DNA of 40,816 bases. Source: an uncultured Methanosarcinales archaeon. Lineage in GTDB: Archaea > Nanobdellota > Nanobdellia > Woesearchaeales > JACPBV01. This document shows positions 26,398 through 35,517 of this stretch, in pieces. Under the pieces are notes generated by a model. That model saw only the letters and a list, made by a program, of their open reading frames with translations, was not told the DNA's origin and searched no databases. The DNA lies in assembly GCA_964492935.1 (NCBI GenBank), contig CAZBLF010000007.1, forward strand, positions 1-40,816, in the 5' to 3' direction. A program made the translations under genes and the position numbers. The first letter of the stretch is position 1. Each line of letters starts with the position of its first letter.

Positions 26398-27557
26398 ATG
26401 AATCACGCTGTTATTTTGGGTGCTGGATCTTCTACACGGATGGAGAAGCCGATTAACAAGCTNNNNNNNNNNTTCTTTTGTTGCTTGGTGGTGAAACGGT
26501 GTTGGAAGCGAGTATTGCTCCGTTTATTGATTCTTCTTTTGTGGAGACGGTGACTGTAGTGGCTAGTGCTGCGGATAAAGAGCATATTGAGCGTTTGGTT
26601 GCGAAGAATTCGTATGCGAAACCGGTTACTGTAATTCTGGGTGGTGAGGAAAGACAGGATAGTGTGTATGCTGCGTTGAAGCAGTTGAAAGCGGATAGTG
26701 CAGATATTGTTGTTATTCATAATGGGGCTAATCCTCTTGTTGAGAGAGATGTTATTGAGAAGGTGATTGCGGCTGCGGAAAAGTATGGTGGGAGTGCTGC
26801 TGCTTTTCGGGCTCGTGATACGATAAAAGAGGTTTCCGATGACGGATTGGTTACAGCTACGTTTGCACGCTCCCATTTGTGGCAGATGCAGACGCCGCAG
26901 GCGGGTAGATATGGTTTATTGATACAGGCGTTTGTTAAAGCTGCTAATGATGGTTTTTATGGGACGGATGATGTTCAGTTATTGGAAAGAATGGGTGAAC
27001 AGGTTAAGATTGTTGAATGTAGTCCGGAGAATTTTAAGATTACCACTTCTACTGATTTAGAAAAGGCTCGAGCGTTGGTAACTAGTGATAGAGTTGGATT
27101 AGGACAGGACTCGCATCGGTTTACTGCATCGGGTAAAAAGCTGATGCTCGGTGGGGTGGAGGTGCCGGGTAACGGTTTAGAGGGTAATTCGGATGCTGAT
27201 GTGATTTTGCATTCGTTGTTTAATGCTCTTTCGACGGCAGTTGGCGGGAAGAGTTTAGGTTTTTATGCCGATCCGATGTGCTCGCAAGGGGTTACAGATA
27301 GCGCGGTGTATTTGAAGGTTGCTTTGCAGATGGTTAAAGATAAGGGTTTCTCGGTTGAGAATATTGCGTTGATGATTGAGTGTAAAACGCCACGTCTTGA
27401 GAAATATGAGGAATTGATTAAAGTTAATGTAGGCGAGTTGTGTTCTATTGAGAGTAGTGCTATTGGTTTAGCAGTTACTTCTGGTGAGGATGGGACGGAT
27501 TGGGGTAAAGGGTTGGGGATGCAGTGTCATTCTGTGGTGTTGTTGAAGAAGTTATGA
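26398..27557 (+). CDS. ispDF: Bifunctional IspD-IspF (MEP cytidylyltransferase / MEcPP synthase), spanning an N gap
   Basis: ATG 26398 MNHAVILGAGSSTRM..NK, GGEERQDSV, QTPQ, TDD, NFKITT; then VGLGQDSHRF, NSDADVILH, TSGE. Confidence 0.9.
26463..26472. other. Assembly gap (10 N)
   Basis: Run of N; flanking frames suggest little or no sequence is missing. Confidence 0.95.
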
Positions 27558-29042
27558 TTCGTTAGGTGGGGCGAACAGGTTGGTGTGTATGGATGCAGGT
27601 ATTTCAATCCCCCTCATTTTTGGACGGGCGTAATGAGGTATTATTGAGCGTGTACCCATGAATTCCAAATATCTATCCACAAACACCTGTGAAGGCCCTC
27701 GATATCCATCAAGAATTTCTTTCTTGTCTACTCCTACTGCCTTCCCTGCTATGTCCTCTATTGGAGTTGTATCGGTCACTAATCTTCCATCTTCCAATTT
27801 TAACACTACAGAAAAACCGGAATTGCCCTCTGCAAGTTCTAATCCTAGGCGGCGTCCTACATCGAAAGCATAATCCTTATCCTTTAGCACCTGAACATAC
27901 GCTGCTCTTTGAAGATGTTGAGGCACGATGTTCACTTCCTTAATTTTTCCGTAAAAAGAAGGTATTTTGAATTGTTGGGTTACCAATTCCGCCATATATC
28001 GTCCGGTTGAAAAGGAATTTGCCCTACCATGTTGTATGTTCCCGGACGGATCGGTATCTGGAGATCCTCCACTGTATTGCAGTAGTGCTTCTATTCTCTC
28101 CTTGATATCACTACCTCCCTCTAGAGCATTTAGTTCGGCTAATGTGCCGCGTAGCATCGTCGCATTTTCTTCTTGGTCACTAGCATGTAGTTCTGCTAGA
28201 CTCTTTCCTGTAGCAGCATCATCAATATCTTCTTGTACTACGATAACTGCTTTCCCGTGCTTCTGGATTACTTTTTCCAGCGAGCTAAAAAATACTTCTT
28301 GATTAAAAGGAGTTTCTTTGCTGATAATGAGGTGCGGCGGGCGGTTAGGGTCGATGTATCCAGCTGGGTTAATCTTTGCTATTCCCGTACCTTGTGTCAA
28401 TTTTCCTGATTTTCTTCCCATTACTTGATAAATCATTACGGGGCAGATTCTATAGACTTCAGGAGTAATGGTTCCGTCTGGATCCATCACGTTACCCTTT
28501 ACTCTGTAGGACTCGAAATCTGAGAAGGTGTTGATGATAGCATATGCATTGAAAATGAGTGTGGTTAAAGCTCCTGGTGAGAGATGAGTTACAGGCAGAT
28601 CGTCATCAACTGTTTTTATCCCGTGGCCACCTCGCAGTGAAGTGTCCTTCTGCAATAGGTGGCTGATCACATCCGAAGTGTCATTCCCTCCGAAACCTGC
28701 TATTGCTGGATTTCCTATTTCCTTCAGCACAAATGCTATGTGCTCAAGTGCCCGATCAAAATAACCTTCCTTCGGTCCGAATCTAGATGTCCCGAGACTA
28801 GAACCTGGTCCACTATTCAAGAACTCGTAGGAGCTATCATCCATAAGCGTAACAATGTTTCCGGGGACGTTGCCGTAGAGTACGCCTTCGAGTCCGTTTT
28901 TTGAGCCTAGAATTTCTAGTGTTCTTTGCTCTTCCTTTGAGAGGGAATCTCTTGCGTGGAGTAATCCGGCTATTGAGCAATCAATAACTGGTGTCGGACC
29001 TCCTGATTGAAAGGTAAGAATTTTGTTTACTTGATCGCCCAT
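27552..29042 (-). CDS. Phosphofructokinase family protein, probably PPi-dependent
   Basis: QSGGPTPVI, LGTSR, GGND, KTVDDD, VMGR. Confidence 0.85.
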   Translation of the reverse strand: MGDQVNKILTFQSGGPTPVIDCSIAGLLHARDSLSKEEQRTLEILGSKNGLEGVLYGNVPGNIVTLMDDSSYEFLNSGPGSSLGTSRFGPKEGYFDRALEHIAFVLKEIGNPAIAGFGGNDTSDVISHLLQKDTSLRGGHGIKTVDDDLPVTHLSPGALTTLIFNAYAIINTFSDFESYRVKGNVMDPDGTITPEVYRICPVMIYQVMGRKSGKLTQGTGIAKINPAGYIDPNRPPHLIISKETPFNQEVFFSSLEKVIQKHGKAVIVVQEDIDDAATGKSLAELHASDQEENATMLRGTLAELNALEGGSDIKERIEALLQYSGGSPDTDPSGNIQHGRANSFSTGRYMAELVTQQFKIPSFYGKIKEVNIVPQHLQRAAYVQVLKDKDYAFDVGRRLGLELAEGNSGFSVVLKLEDGRLVTDTTPIEDIAGKAVGVDKKEILDGYRGPSQVFVDRYLEFMGTRSIIPHYARPKMRGIEIPASIHTNLFAPPNES

Positions 29043-29095
29043 TAGTAGTCACAAAAACTATTTATTTATAAGTAATTGTGTACTCCATCATATGC

Positions 29096-29929
29096 ATGCA
29101 ATTAAAAGCTCATGCAAAGGTAAATCTTACCTTGGATATTCTGGGAAAGCGTGAGGATGGTTTTCATTCTCTTCGTTCTGTGATGCAGGAGGTTTCGCTT
29201 TGTGATGAGATTACTTTGGATGAGATTTCTGAGGATGCGATTAAGATTTCATGTAGTGATAAGACCTTAGAGAATGACGATAATTTGTGCTGGAAGGCGG
29301 CTGCTTTGATTAAGCGGACGTTTATGATTGCTCAGGGTGTTTCGATTTCTTTAACTAAGAACATTCCTATGCAGGCTGGATTAGGTGGCGGTTCTAGTGA
29401 TGCGGCTGCTGTTTTGATGGGGTTGAATGTGTTGTGGGAGCTGAAATTGGATGAGGATGGGTTGATGAAACTGGCTGCGGAATTGGGATCGGATGTTCCG
29501 TTCTTTATTTTAGGAGGTACTTGTGTAGTAGAGGGACGGGGAGAGATTGTTAGCCGGATTAAGGGTCCTGAATACTCGTATGTTATTGTGGTTCCGGAAG
29601 TTGGTAGTTCTACCGGTGATGCTTACGCTGCAGTTGATTTATCGGTTGTTGGTAAGAAGCAGGCTAGCGAGGGTTTTGTGAAAGAATTTGATGTTAAGGA
29701 AATTCACAATGACTTTGAGGTTAGTGTGTTTAAGAAGCATCCTGAACTAGAGGAGATTAAAGTTAAACTGTTAGAATGTGGTTGTACGGCTGCGTTCTTG
29801 GCTGGAAGTGGGAGTTCGGTTATGGGTATTGTAGACGAAGCTAGTAAGCAATTGGTTAAAGAACAGTTAAAAGATAAGAAATTAATCTTTGCTTATTCTG
29901 CGAACATGCCTGCGGAGTCTCGGTTGTAG
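29096..29929 (+). CDS. ispE: CDP-ME kinase
   Basis: AKVNLTL, KNIPMQAGLGGGSSDAA, GSDVPFF, GSGS. Confidence 0.95.
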   Translation: MQLKAHAKVNLTLDILGKREDGFHSLRSVMQEVSLCDEITLDEISEDAIKISCSDKTLENDDNLCWKAAALIKRTFMIAQGVSISLTKNIPMQAGLGGGSSDAAAVLMGLNVLWELKLDEDGLMKLAAELGSDVPFFILGGTCVVEGRGEIVSRIKGPEYSYVIVVPEVGSSTGDAYAAVDLSVVGKKQASEGFVKEFDVKEIHNDFEVSVFKKHPELEEIKVKLLECGCTAAFLAGSGSSVMGIVDEASKQLVKEQLKDKKLIFAYSANMPAESRL

Positions 29930-30348
29930 TTCCACTCGGACTTTAATTCGCCTTCTTTTTTGTAATACGCAGTTAATCTTCGGATTTTTGATTCTGTTAA
30001 TGTTAAGCCACGTTTTGCGGTCTGGTCCTGCTTGTTGTTTTCGATGTGCTTTAGTAATTCGATTGCTCTTCGGATAAGTGATAGAAGGTCTTCAGGAACT
30101 TCGTGGAGAATTTTCTTTTCTGCCATGAACTGTTTTAGAGATTTCTTTAACATGAGTTTAGCATTTGGAATTCCGTAGGTGTCTCTCAGAACTAATCCAA
30201 TCTTTGCTGGGCTTTTTCCCTCTTTAGCTAGCTTGGTGATGAGCATTTCAATTTCCTTAGGTTTATAGGTTACCCAGGTTGTTTTCTTAGGAGTAGAGGG
30301 CTTATTTGAGCCTGACTTTCCTTTCTTACGTGAATACATTCGTGCCAT
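29893..30348 (-). CDS. rps15: Archaeal ribosomal protein uS15 (S15P/S13e)
   Basis: MARMYSRKKGKSGS, IGLVLRDTYGIP, PEDL, ESKIRRL..YYK. Confidence 0.97.
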   Translation of the reverse strand: MARMYSRKKGKSGSNKPSTPKKTTWVTYKPKEIEMLITKLAKEGKSPAKIGLVLRDTYGIPNAKLMLKKSLKQFMAEKKILHEVPEDLLSLIRRAIELLKHIENNKQDQTAKRGLTLTESKIRRLTAYYKKEGELKSEWNYNRDSAGMFAE

Positions 30349-30397
30349 GTAGAACTATGGATTTGTAGGCTGTTTATAAATGTTACTGAGGTTTACC

Positions 30398-30826
30398 CTA
30401 AGAATGAATCTTGTGTCTGCAGATTTTTTCTCCGTCTAATGCTCTATTGCGAAGACGCCATCTGAGTCTAAAATCTTCTTCCTCATTGTAGCCTATGATA
30501 AGTTCGTTCCCTAATTCTCTTTTCCAGTTTTCGGTGATTTTCTCTATACATTCGTCAACCTGTTCTTCTCTTCGGATGTCTTGGAGATGTCTGTTTCTTT
30601 GGTCTCGTGAATTGGCTTGGATGTGTCTGATGACATCGATGCCATTTTTCTCGTGGTCAAAAGATGACTTTTGGTAGGGTATTCCTAGATGTCCGAAAAA
30701 ATCATCGCCTTGGTCGTATACTTCAAAACGCATGAGGGTGTAGTCTTGAGTGTAGTGTGCTAGGGCTACTAATGCTATTCCTAATGTGGTTAGGATGCAG
30801 ATCAAGATAAAGGTCATAAATTTCAT
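30398..30826 (-). CDS. Hypothetical protein with N-terminal TM/signal
   Basis: Hydrophobic N-terminus, 142-aa ORF. Confidence 0.65.
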   Translation of the reverse strand: MKFMTFILICILTTLGIALVALAHYTQDYTLMRFEVYDQGDDFFGHLGIPYQKSSFDHEKNGIDVIRHIQANSRDQRNRHLQDIRREEQVDECIEKITENWKRELGNELIIGYNEEEDFRLRWRLRNRALDGEKICRHKIHS

Positions 30827-30851
30827 TTCTTCGTGGTAGGTTGGAGTGGTT

Positions 30852-31490
30852 TTAAAGCGTTTCTATGGAAAGCGTGTTTAGATTGTCAGATTGTGGAATG
30901 GTCGCTAGAATTTTGACGTCGTAGGTTTCTGCGATTATTCTTTTGTTGTCTTTTTCTATTTCACTGTCTTTATACTGGTTGAGGATGATTCCTTTGATTT
31001 GGATGTCTCTTGCTTTGAGTGCTTCAATGGTGAGGCTGGTGTGGTTAATGGTTCCTAGGGCGGCTCGTGCTACTACTATTACTGGTTCGCCTATCTCTTT
31101 CATTAAATCTGCAATGGTGTAGGATCTTGTAATGGGTACTAGTAAGCCACCTGCGCCCTCTATCAGGAGATAGTCGTATTTGCTTTTGAGTTCTTGAATT
31201 TTAGTTAGGATTATTTGCTTGTCGATTTCTTTATTTTCTTTTTCTGCAGCTAGATGGGGTGAGGCTGGCAAATTGAATTGGTATTCTGCGTAAAGATGTT
31301 CGGATTCAATAGTGCTTAGCTCTTGGATTACTTTAAGGTCTTGTGTTGGGTGTTCATTTGTTACTTCTCCACACATTAGGGGTTTGTAGACTGCAACTGA
31401 TCCACTCTTTTTTAGGTGTTTAGCGAGAAGTGCGGTGATTAGAGTTTTTCCTACACCTGTATCGGTTCCTGTTATGAAGTATGTTGTCAT
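30852..31490 (-). CDS. bioD: Dethiobiotin synthetase
   Basis: ITGTDTGVGKT, YKP, ASPHLAA, EGAGG, LGTINHT. Confidence 0.96.
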   Translation of the reverse strand: MTTYFITGTDTGVGKTLITALLAKHLKKSGSVAVYKPLMCGEVTNEHPTQDLKVIQELSTIESEHLYAEYQFNLPASPHLAAEKENKEIDKQIILTKIQELKSKYDYLLIEGAGGLLVPITRSYTIADLMKEIGEPVIVVARAALGTINHTSLTIEALKARDIQIKGIILNQYKDSEIEKDNKRIIAETYDVKILATIPQSDNLNTLSIETL

Positions 31491-31560
31491 GGGTTAAGTA
31501 GTGATGTGTTGCTTAAAAGCTTTGCTTGCGCATAGATTTATAAATGAAAATCTGCTTTCG

Positions 31561-31956
31561 ATGGAGATGAATGATGATGTATTCATTGAGTATGTGAAGG
31601 GATTACAGGTAAGGCTAAGGGCACTTCCTGATGTGATTGAAATGTATAGTCGAGAGGATCCTCTTGACCAAGATTCTGCGGCAGCTCTCGATGAGGAATC
31701 ATTGTCCCATATGTATGCCGGTTTGTTAGATTGGTATGATGCTGCCGTTCAAATTGCAGGTATTCTTGAATTTGCTGCTCAAACCGATGGGCCCCTAAGA
31801 AACTATCTGAGTCGCGACGATACGACGAATGATCTAATTAAGTGTGGGTTGGGAACGGTTGTTATGCGAGAATTCTTGAAGAAGAATCTTATGGGTAAGA
31901 GTGGCGATGCAGTTGCCCTTATCAATACAGTCTCTGATTCAATTAGAGGACGATAG
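31561..31956 (+). CDS. Acidic helical hypothetical protein (start 31561 or 31567)
   Basis: ORF with TATA TTTATAAA 31537-31544. Confidence 0.6.
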   Translation: MEMNDDVFIEYVKGLQVRLRALPDVIEMYSREDPLDQDSAAALDEESLSHMYAGLLDWYDAAVQIAGILEFAAQTDGPLRNYLSRDDTTNDLIKCGLGTVVMREFLKKNLMGKSGDAVALINTVSDSIRGR

Positions 31957-31957
31957 T

Positions 31958-32926
31958 CTATTTCACTACCATCGGCATGAATTCGGTTGAGCCGAAAATG
32001 CCGTGGATGTTGTGTTGTTTTAACCAGATGGCTCGTTTAAGGTAGCCTAGTGCTGGACCTAGCACATTTGCTGCCATGCTGGTTTCGTCGCCTAACATGA
32101 ATTTATGTGAGGATGTTTTTCCATCGAAGGTTTTTCCGGTTAAGGTCATGGTCGTTGTTGTTGGTTTTTTGCTGGATCTCGTATCCATGATGCCGCCTAC
32201 TTGGCACTGGTCTAGAGTTTCTATGACGCCTGCTTTTTGTAAAAGGATGTCATCTGCGTGTTGCATGTTGTGGAACTCTAATTTGCCGTCGGTTTTGTTT
32301 AAGAGTTCTTCAATTTCTTTGTCTGTCATCGATTTTGCTTTTTCAACGTCGTATCCATCGAGATGTGCGATGTCTTCTCTGATGGTTCCTTTGTATTGTT
32401 CCCAGTTTTCTATTCCGACGCCCCAGAAGATGTCTACTTTGTCTACTTTGATGAAGGATTGGGATGCTAGTACTGCAGCTGCACTCAATAGTCCTGGTGT
32501 TGCGCCGGTTCCTGAGAGATAGGTTGATTTGGATTGTTTGAATAAGGCGTCTTTTTCGAACATGATTTTCATGGCCTGGGTTCGTTTTAGTGGATCTGAG
32601 AATGCTCCTTGGTAGCCGCCCTCAAGGAATCGTTGTGCAACTCCTGGGATGAATTCGTTGGGGAGGTTAGGTAATGTTATTAGGATTCCATCGATATTCT
32701 TGCTTGCTTTGATGATTTCTCCAATGGTGTCTTCTGAATTTTCTCCGATATCTGCGATGGTTTGGTTTGGTTGGAGATTGTAAATCGTTTTCGGATCGAT
32801 GCCTTCTTCGTTTATTAGAAATCCGTCTTTGTCGCAGACTGCTACTAGAGTAATCTCTTCTTTTTGCTCGATCATCTTCGCGGCTGCTCTGCCGAGACCC
32901 CCACATCCTAGAATTGCTATTTTCAT
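31958..32926 (-). CDS. bioU: BioU, NAD(P)H-dependent BioA replacement
   Basis: GCGGLG, DPLKRT (carrier Lys), GATPGLL, TIREDIAH, MQHADD, LGDETSMAANV as in cyanobacterial/haloarchaeal BioU; between bioD and bioF. Confidence 0.88.
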   Translation of the reverse strand: MKIAILGCGGLGRAAAKMIEQKEEITLVAVCDKDGFLINEEGIDPKTIYNLQPNQTIADIGENSEDTIGEIIKASKNIDGILITLPNLPNEFIPGVAQRFLEGGYQGAFSDPLKRTQAMKIMFEKDALFKQSKSTYLSGTGATPGLLSAAAVLASQSFIKVDKVDIFWGVGIENWEQYKGTIREDIAHLDGYDVEKAKSMTDKEIEELLNKTDGKLEFHNMQHADDILLQKAGVIETLDQCQVGGIMDTRSSKKPTTTTMTLTGKTFDGKTSSHKFMLGDETSMAANVLGPALGYLKRAIWLKQHNIHGIFGSTEFMPMVVK

Positions 32927-32976
32927 TATGCCTTAGTACACAAATAATTATATATGGTTTAAAAATCTATTGTTAC

Positions 32977-34092
32977 GTGAAACTGTTTAAGACTTTTTTA
33001 GATGGATTGCGTCGCAAGAAGCTGTTTCGTGAGTTTAGAACGCTTGATTCGGCTAGTGATCATAGTGTTCAGGTTGATGGGAAGGAGATGGTGATGCTTG
33101 CTTCTAATAATTATTTTGGATTGAATACGCATGCGGAAGTGGTTGCGGGTGCTGAGGCTGCATTGCGAAAGTATGGTGCGGGAAATGTGGCTAGTCGGCT
33201 TATTGTAAATTTGAAGATTCAGGATGAGCTAGAGGGGGCGTTAGCTGCATATAAACAAAAAGAGGCTTGCTTAGTTTTTTCGAGCGGCTATGCAGCGAAT
33301 GTGGGTGTGTTGAGTAGTGTTGTGGGTGAGGATGCGGTTATTCTGAGTGATGAGTTGAATCATGCCTCGATTGTGGATGGTTGCAAGTTATCGAAAGCTA
33401 CGACGTGCGTTTACAATCACTGTGATGTTGCGCATCTTGAATTATTGTTGAAGGAGCATGTAGGTAAGAAGATACTTGTGGTTACAGATAGTATTTTTAG
33501 CATGGATGGGGATCGTGCTCCGTTAGAGGCTTTGGTTGGTTTGAAGAATAAGTATGGGTTTATTCTGATGGTGGATGATGCGCACGCTACTGGCGTATTG
33601 GATACTCACTTTCCGGAGATTGATATTTGTCTTGGTACATTATCTAAATCACTTGGAAATCAGGGAGGCTTTGTTTGTGGTAGCAAGGACTTGATTGATT
33701 TCTTGCGTAACTCGGCTCGAGCTTTTATGTATTCGACTGGATTAAGTCCAGCATCTTGTGGGGGTGCTTTGGCTGCTCTTTCTGTGCTTGATCGCGAGAC
33801 GGAGATGCGGGAGCGGTTATTGGAGCATGTTGTTTATTTGAAGGCTGGGATGCGTAAATTGGGATTGCAGGTGGAGGGTGACTATCATATTTTGACGTTG
33901 GCTACTGGTACTAATGAGAAGACGATGAAATGTCAGGAGCTTCTGGAGAAAGAGGGTGTTTTTGTTACGGGCATTCGTACGCCTTCGGTTTCTAGTCCGC
34001 GATTGCGGATCACGGCGATGGCTACTCATACTAAGGGGGAGTTGGAGAAAGCACTTAGGGCGTTTGAGAAGATTGTGTCAGTTGTTCGTTGA
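32977..34092 (+). CDS. bioF: 8-amino-7-oxononanoate synthase
   Basis: SNNYFGL, SGYAAN, SDELNHAS, FSMDGD, DDAHA, GTLSK; likely GTG start 32977. Confidence 0.93.
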   Translation: MKLFKTFLDGLRRKKLFREFRTLDSASDHSVQVDGKEMVMLASNNYFGLNTHAEVVAGAEAALRKYGAGNVASRLIVNLKIQDELEGALAAYKQKEACLVFSSGYAANVGVLSSVVGEDAVILSDELNHASIVDGCKLSKATTCVYNHCDVAHLELLLKEHVGKKILVVTDSIFSMDGDRAPLEALVGLKNKYGFILMVDDAHATGVLDTHFPEIDICLGTLSKSLGNQGGFVCGSKDLIDFLRNSARAFMYSTGLSPASCGGALAALSVLDRETEMRERLLEHVVYLKAGMRKLGLQVEGDYHILTLATGTNEKTMKCQELLEKEGVFVTGIRTPSVSSPRLRITAMATHTKGELEKALRAFEKIVSVVR

Positions 34093-34617
34093 TTATGCTG
34101 CCCTTATTTCTTGTATTAGAAATTCATGAATGGAGGTATCTTCTTTTTGAGAGGGGTAGAGATGAGGCATTTCTGGAATGGGTTGGGCTCCCTCACGTAC
34201 TGAGTCGCTATTGGATAATGATCTTACGAATGCATCCAGAGCTATCGATTTGGGCTTGCTTGAGGATTCGAATGTCTGCCTAAACGAGGGACTAGCGATT
34301 ACTTCTTCCGCCGTTATGTCTTGTTCGTAGCCTTGCTCAGATTGATATTTTCTTAGTTCGAATGCCATTATTTCGGCACAGTCTCGATAAAATACTTCTT
34401 TCTGATCCCACAAACCAGGCATATAGGATCTGGCATGAGTTAATGCAGTTCCATACTCTACTGATTCAGGAGTTTGACGAAGGTCTGCAAAAAATGCGGC
34501 GCGCTCATCGATTGTAGTGAATACTCTATCGTCTCCGCTTTCTAGCTCCTCTTGTGCTTGTAGATTAGCCTGAGCCCACTTAATGACGAATTCGTACTCT
34601 TGAGGTATGTTGTTCAT
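34093..34617 (-). CDS. Acidic hypothetical orphan protein
   Basis: Open frame; likely leaderless ATG 34617 behind TTTTAAAT 34638-34645. Confidence 0.6.
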   Translation of the reverse strand: MNNIPQEYEFVIKWAQANLQAQEELESGDDRVFTTIDERAAFFADLRQTPESVEYGTALTHARSYMPGLWDQKEVFYRDCAEIMAFELRKYQSEQGYEQDITAEEVIASPSFRQTFESSSKPKSIALDAFVRSLSNSDSVREGAQPIPEMPHLYPSQKEDTSIHEFLIQEIRAA

Positions 34618-34680
34618 ACCCATAGAACTTCTCATCGATTTAAAAGTGTACCTATTTTCACCACTTAATAATAGCAAATA

Positions 34681-35370
34681 CTACTCATTAGAATTCTCTA
34701 TTCTACCATGCCCGAAGATGATTTCTGCGTCTAGGTTTTTGATGTATTCGTATTGTTTCATTACTTCGTCGGCGTTCCAGAAGAAGCCGGGTAAGCAAGA
34801 GTACTTGAGATTTTCTTTGGTGTAGCAGGCGTCTCCTGCTATGAAGATTTTTTTATCGCCTAGATCTAGTAGGACGGATTGGTGGCCTTTCGTATGACCT
34901 GGCGTTTTGATGATGTGAATTTTGCAGTCGCCAAAGAGGTCGTAGTTGCCTTCTATTAATTGGTAGTTTCCTTCTGGGAACTTGTCTGCGTACGCAAATT
35001 TTTGGTATTGAGGTGGATTTTTTGCTAGTTCGTATTCATCTTTTTGGCAGATGATGGTTGCGTCTGGGAATTTCTCATTGTTATCGGCGTGGTCGAGATG
35101 GAGATGGGTGTTGATGATGTAGTCGATCTTTATGTCTTTGAGATATTCTGGGATGTCGGTTTCTAGTATGGGTTTGAATGCGGTTAAGCGTTTTCCCCAG
35201 GTGGTTTCGAATTGTTTACTGAAGCCGGTGTCTATCAGTACATTACCTTTTTCATGTTTTACGAGAAAACAGTAGACGGGAATCTTTATTGGTGTGCCCA
35301 TGTTTCTGCCTAAGGTAACGAAACCTTTGTCGCATTCCATGACGCCGTTTTTGATGATTTCTAATTCCAT
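34681..35370 (-). CDS. Metallo-beta-lactamase-fold hydrolase, AHL-lactonase-like
   Basis: IDTG, THLHLDH, TPGHTKGHQS, AGDACY, FGH. Confidence 0.9.
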   Translation of the reverse strand: MELEIIKNGVMECDKGFVTLGRNMGTPIKIPVYCFLVKHEKGNVLIDTGFSKQFETTWGKRLTAFKPILETDIPEYLKDIKIDYIINTHLHLDHADNNEKFPDATIICQKDEYELAKNPPQYQKFAYADKFPEGNYQLIEGNYDLFGDCKIHIIKTPGHTKGHQSVLLDLGDKKIFIAGDACYTKENLKYSCLPGFFWNADEVMKQYEYIKNLDAEIIFGHGRIENSNE

Positions 35371-35379
35371 TTTGGATGA

Positions 35380-35478
35380 TGATACTACTGCGCTCCGTTT
35401 GCTTGTGGAGATGCTGTTCGCATCGTGTGCTGTCGAAAGTGCTTACATTGTTGTAGACTCCGCTCGGCAGCAGTATCA
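35380..35478. repeat. 99-nt fold-back element with 12-bp terminal stem between divergent genes
   Basis: TGATACTACTGC/GCAGCAGTATCA (11/12) enclosing short hairpins. Confidence 0.55.
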
Positions 35479-35517
35479 ATGCATAAAGAATATAAACTGC
35501 ATTAAAATAGTTTTTGT

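Noticed and set aside
26398..26480. Apparent frameshift or truncation of ispD
   Set aside because: Caused by the 10-N placeholder; both sides encode contiguous IspD motifs.
29893..29929. Convergent 3' overlaps (ispE/rps15 37 bp; methyltransferase/bioB 30 bp) as antisense regulation
   Set aside because: Explained by genome compaction; overlapping tails are short with no other regulatory signal.
34681..35370. Quorum-quenching or beta-lactam resistance function
   Set aside because: The family motif alone does not define substrate; no supporting context.
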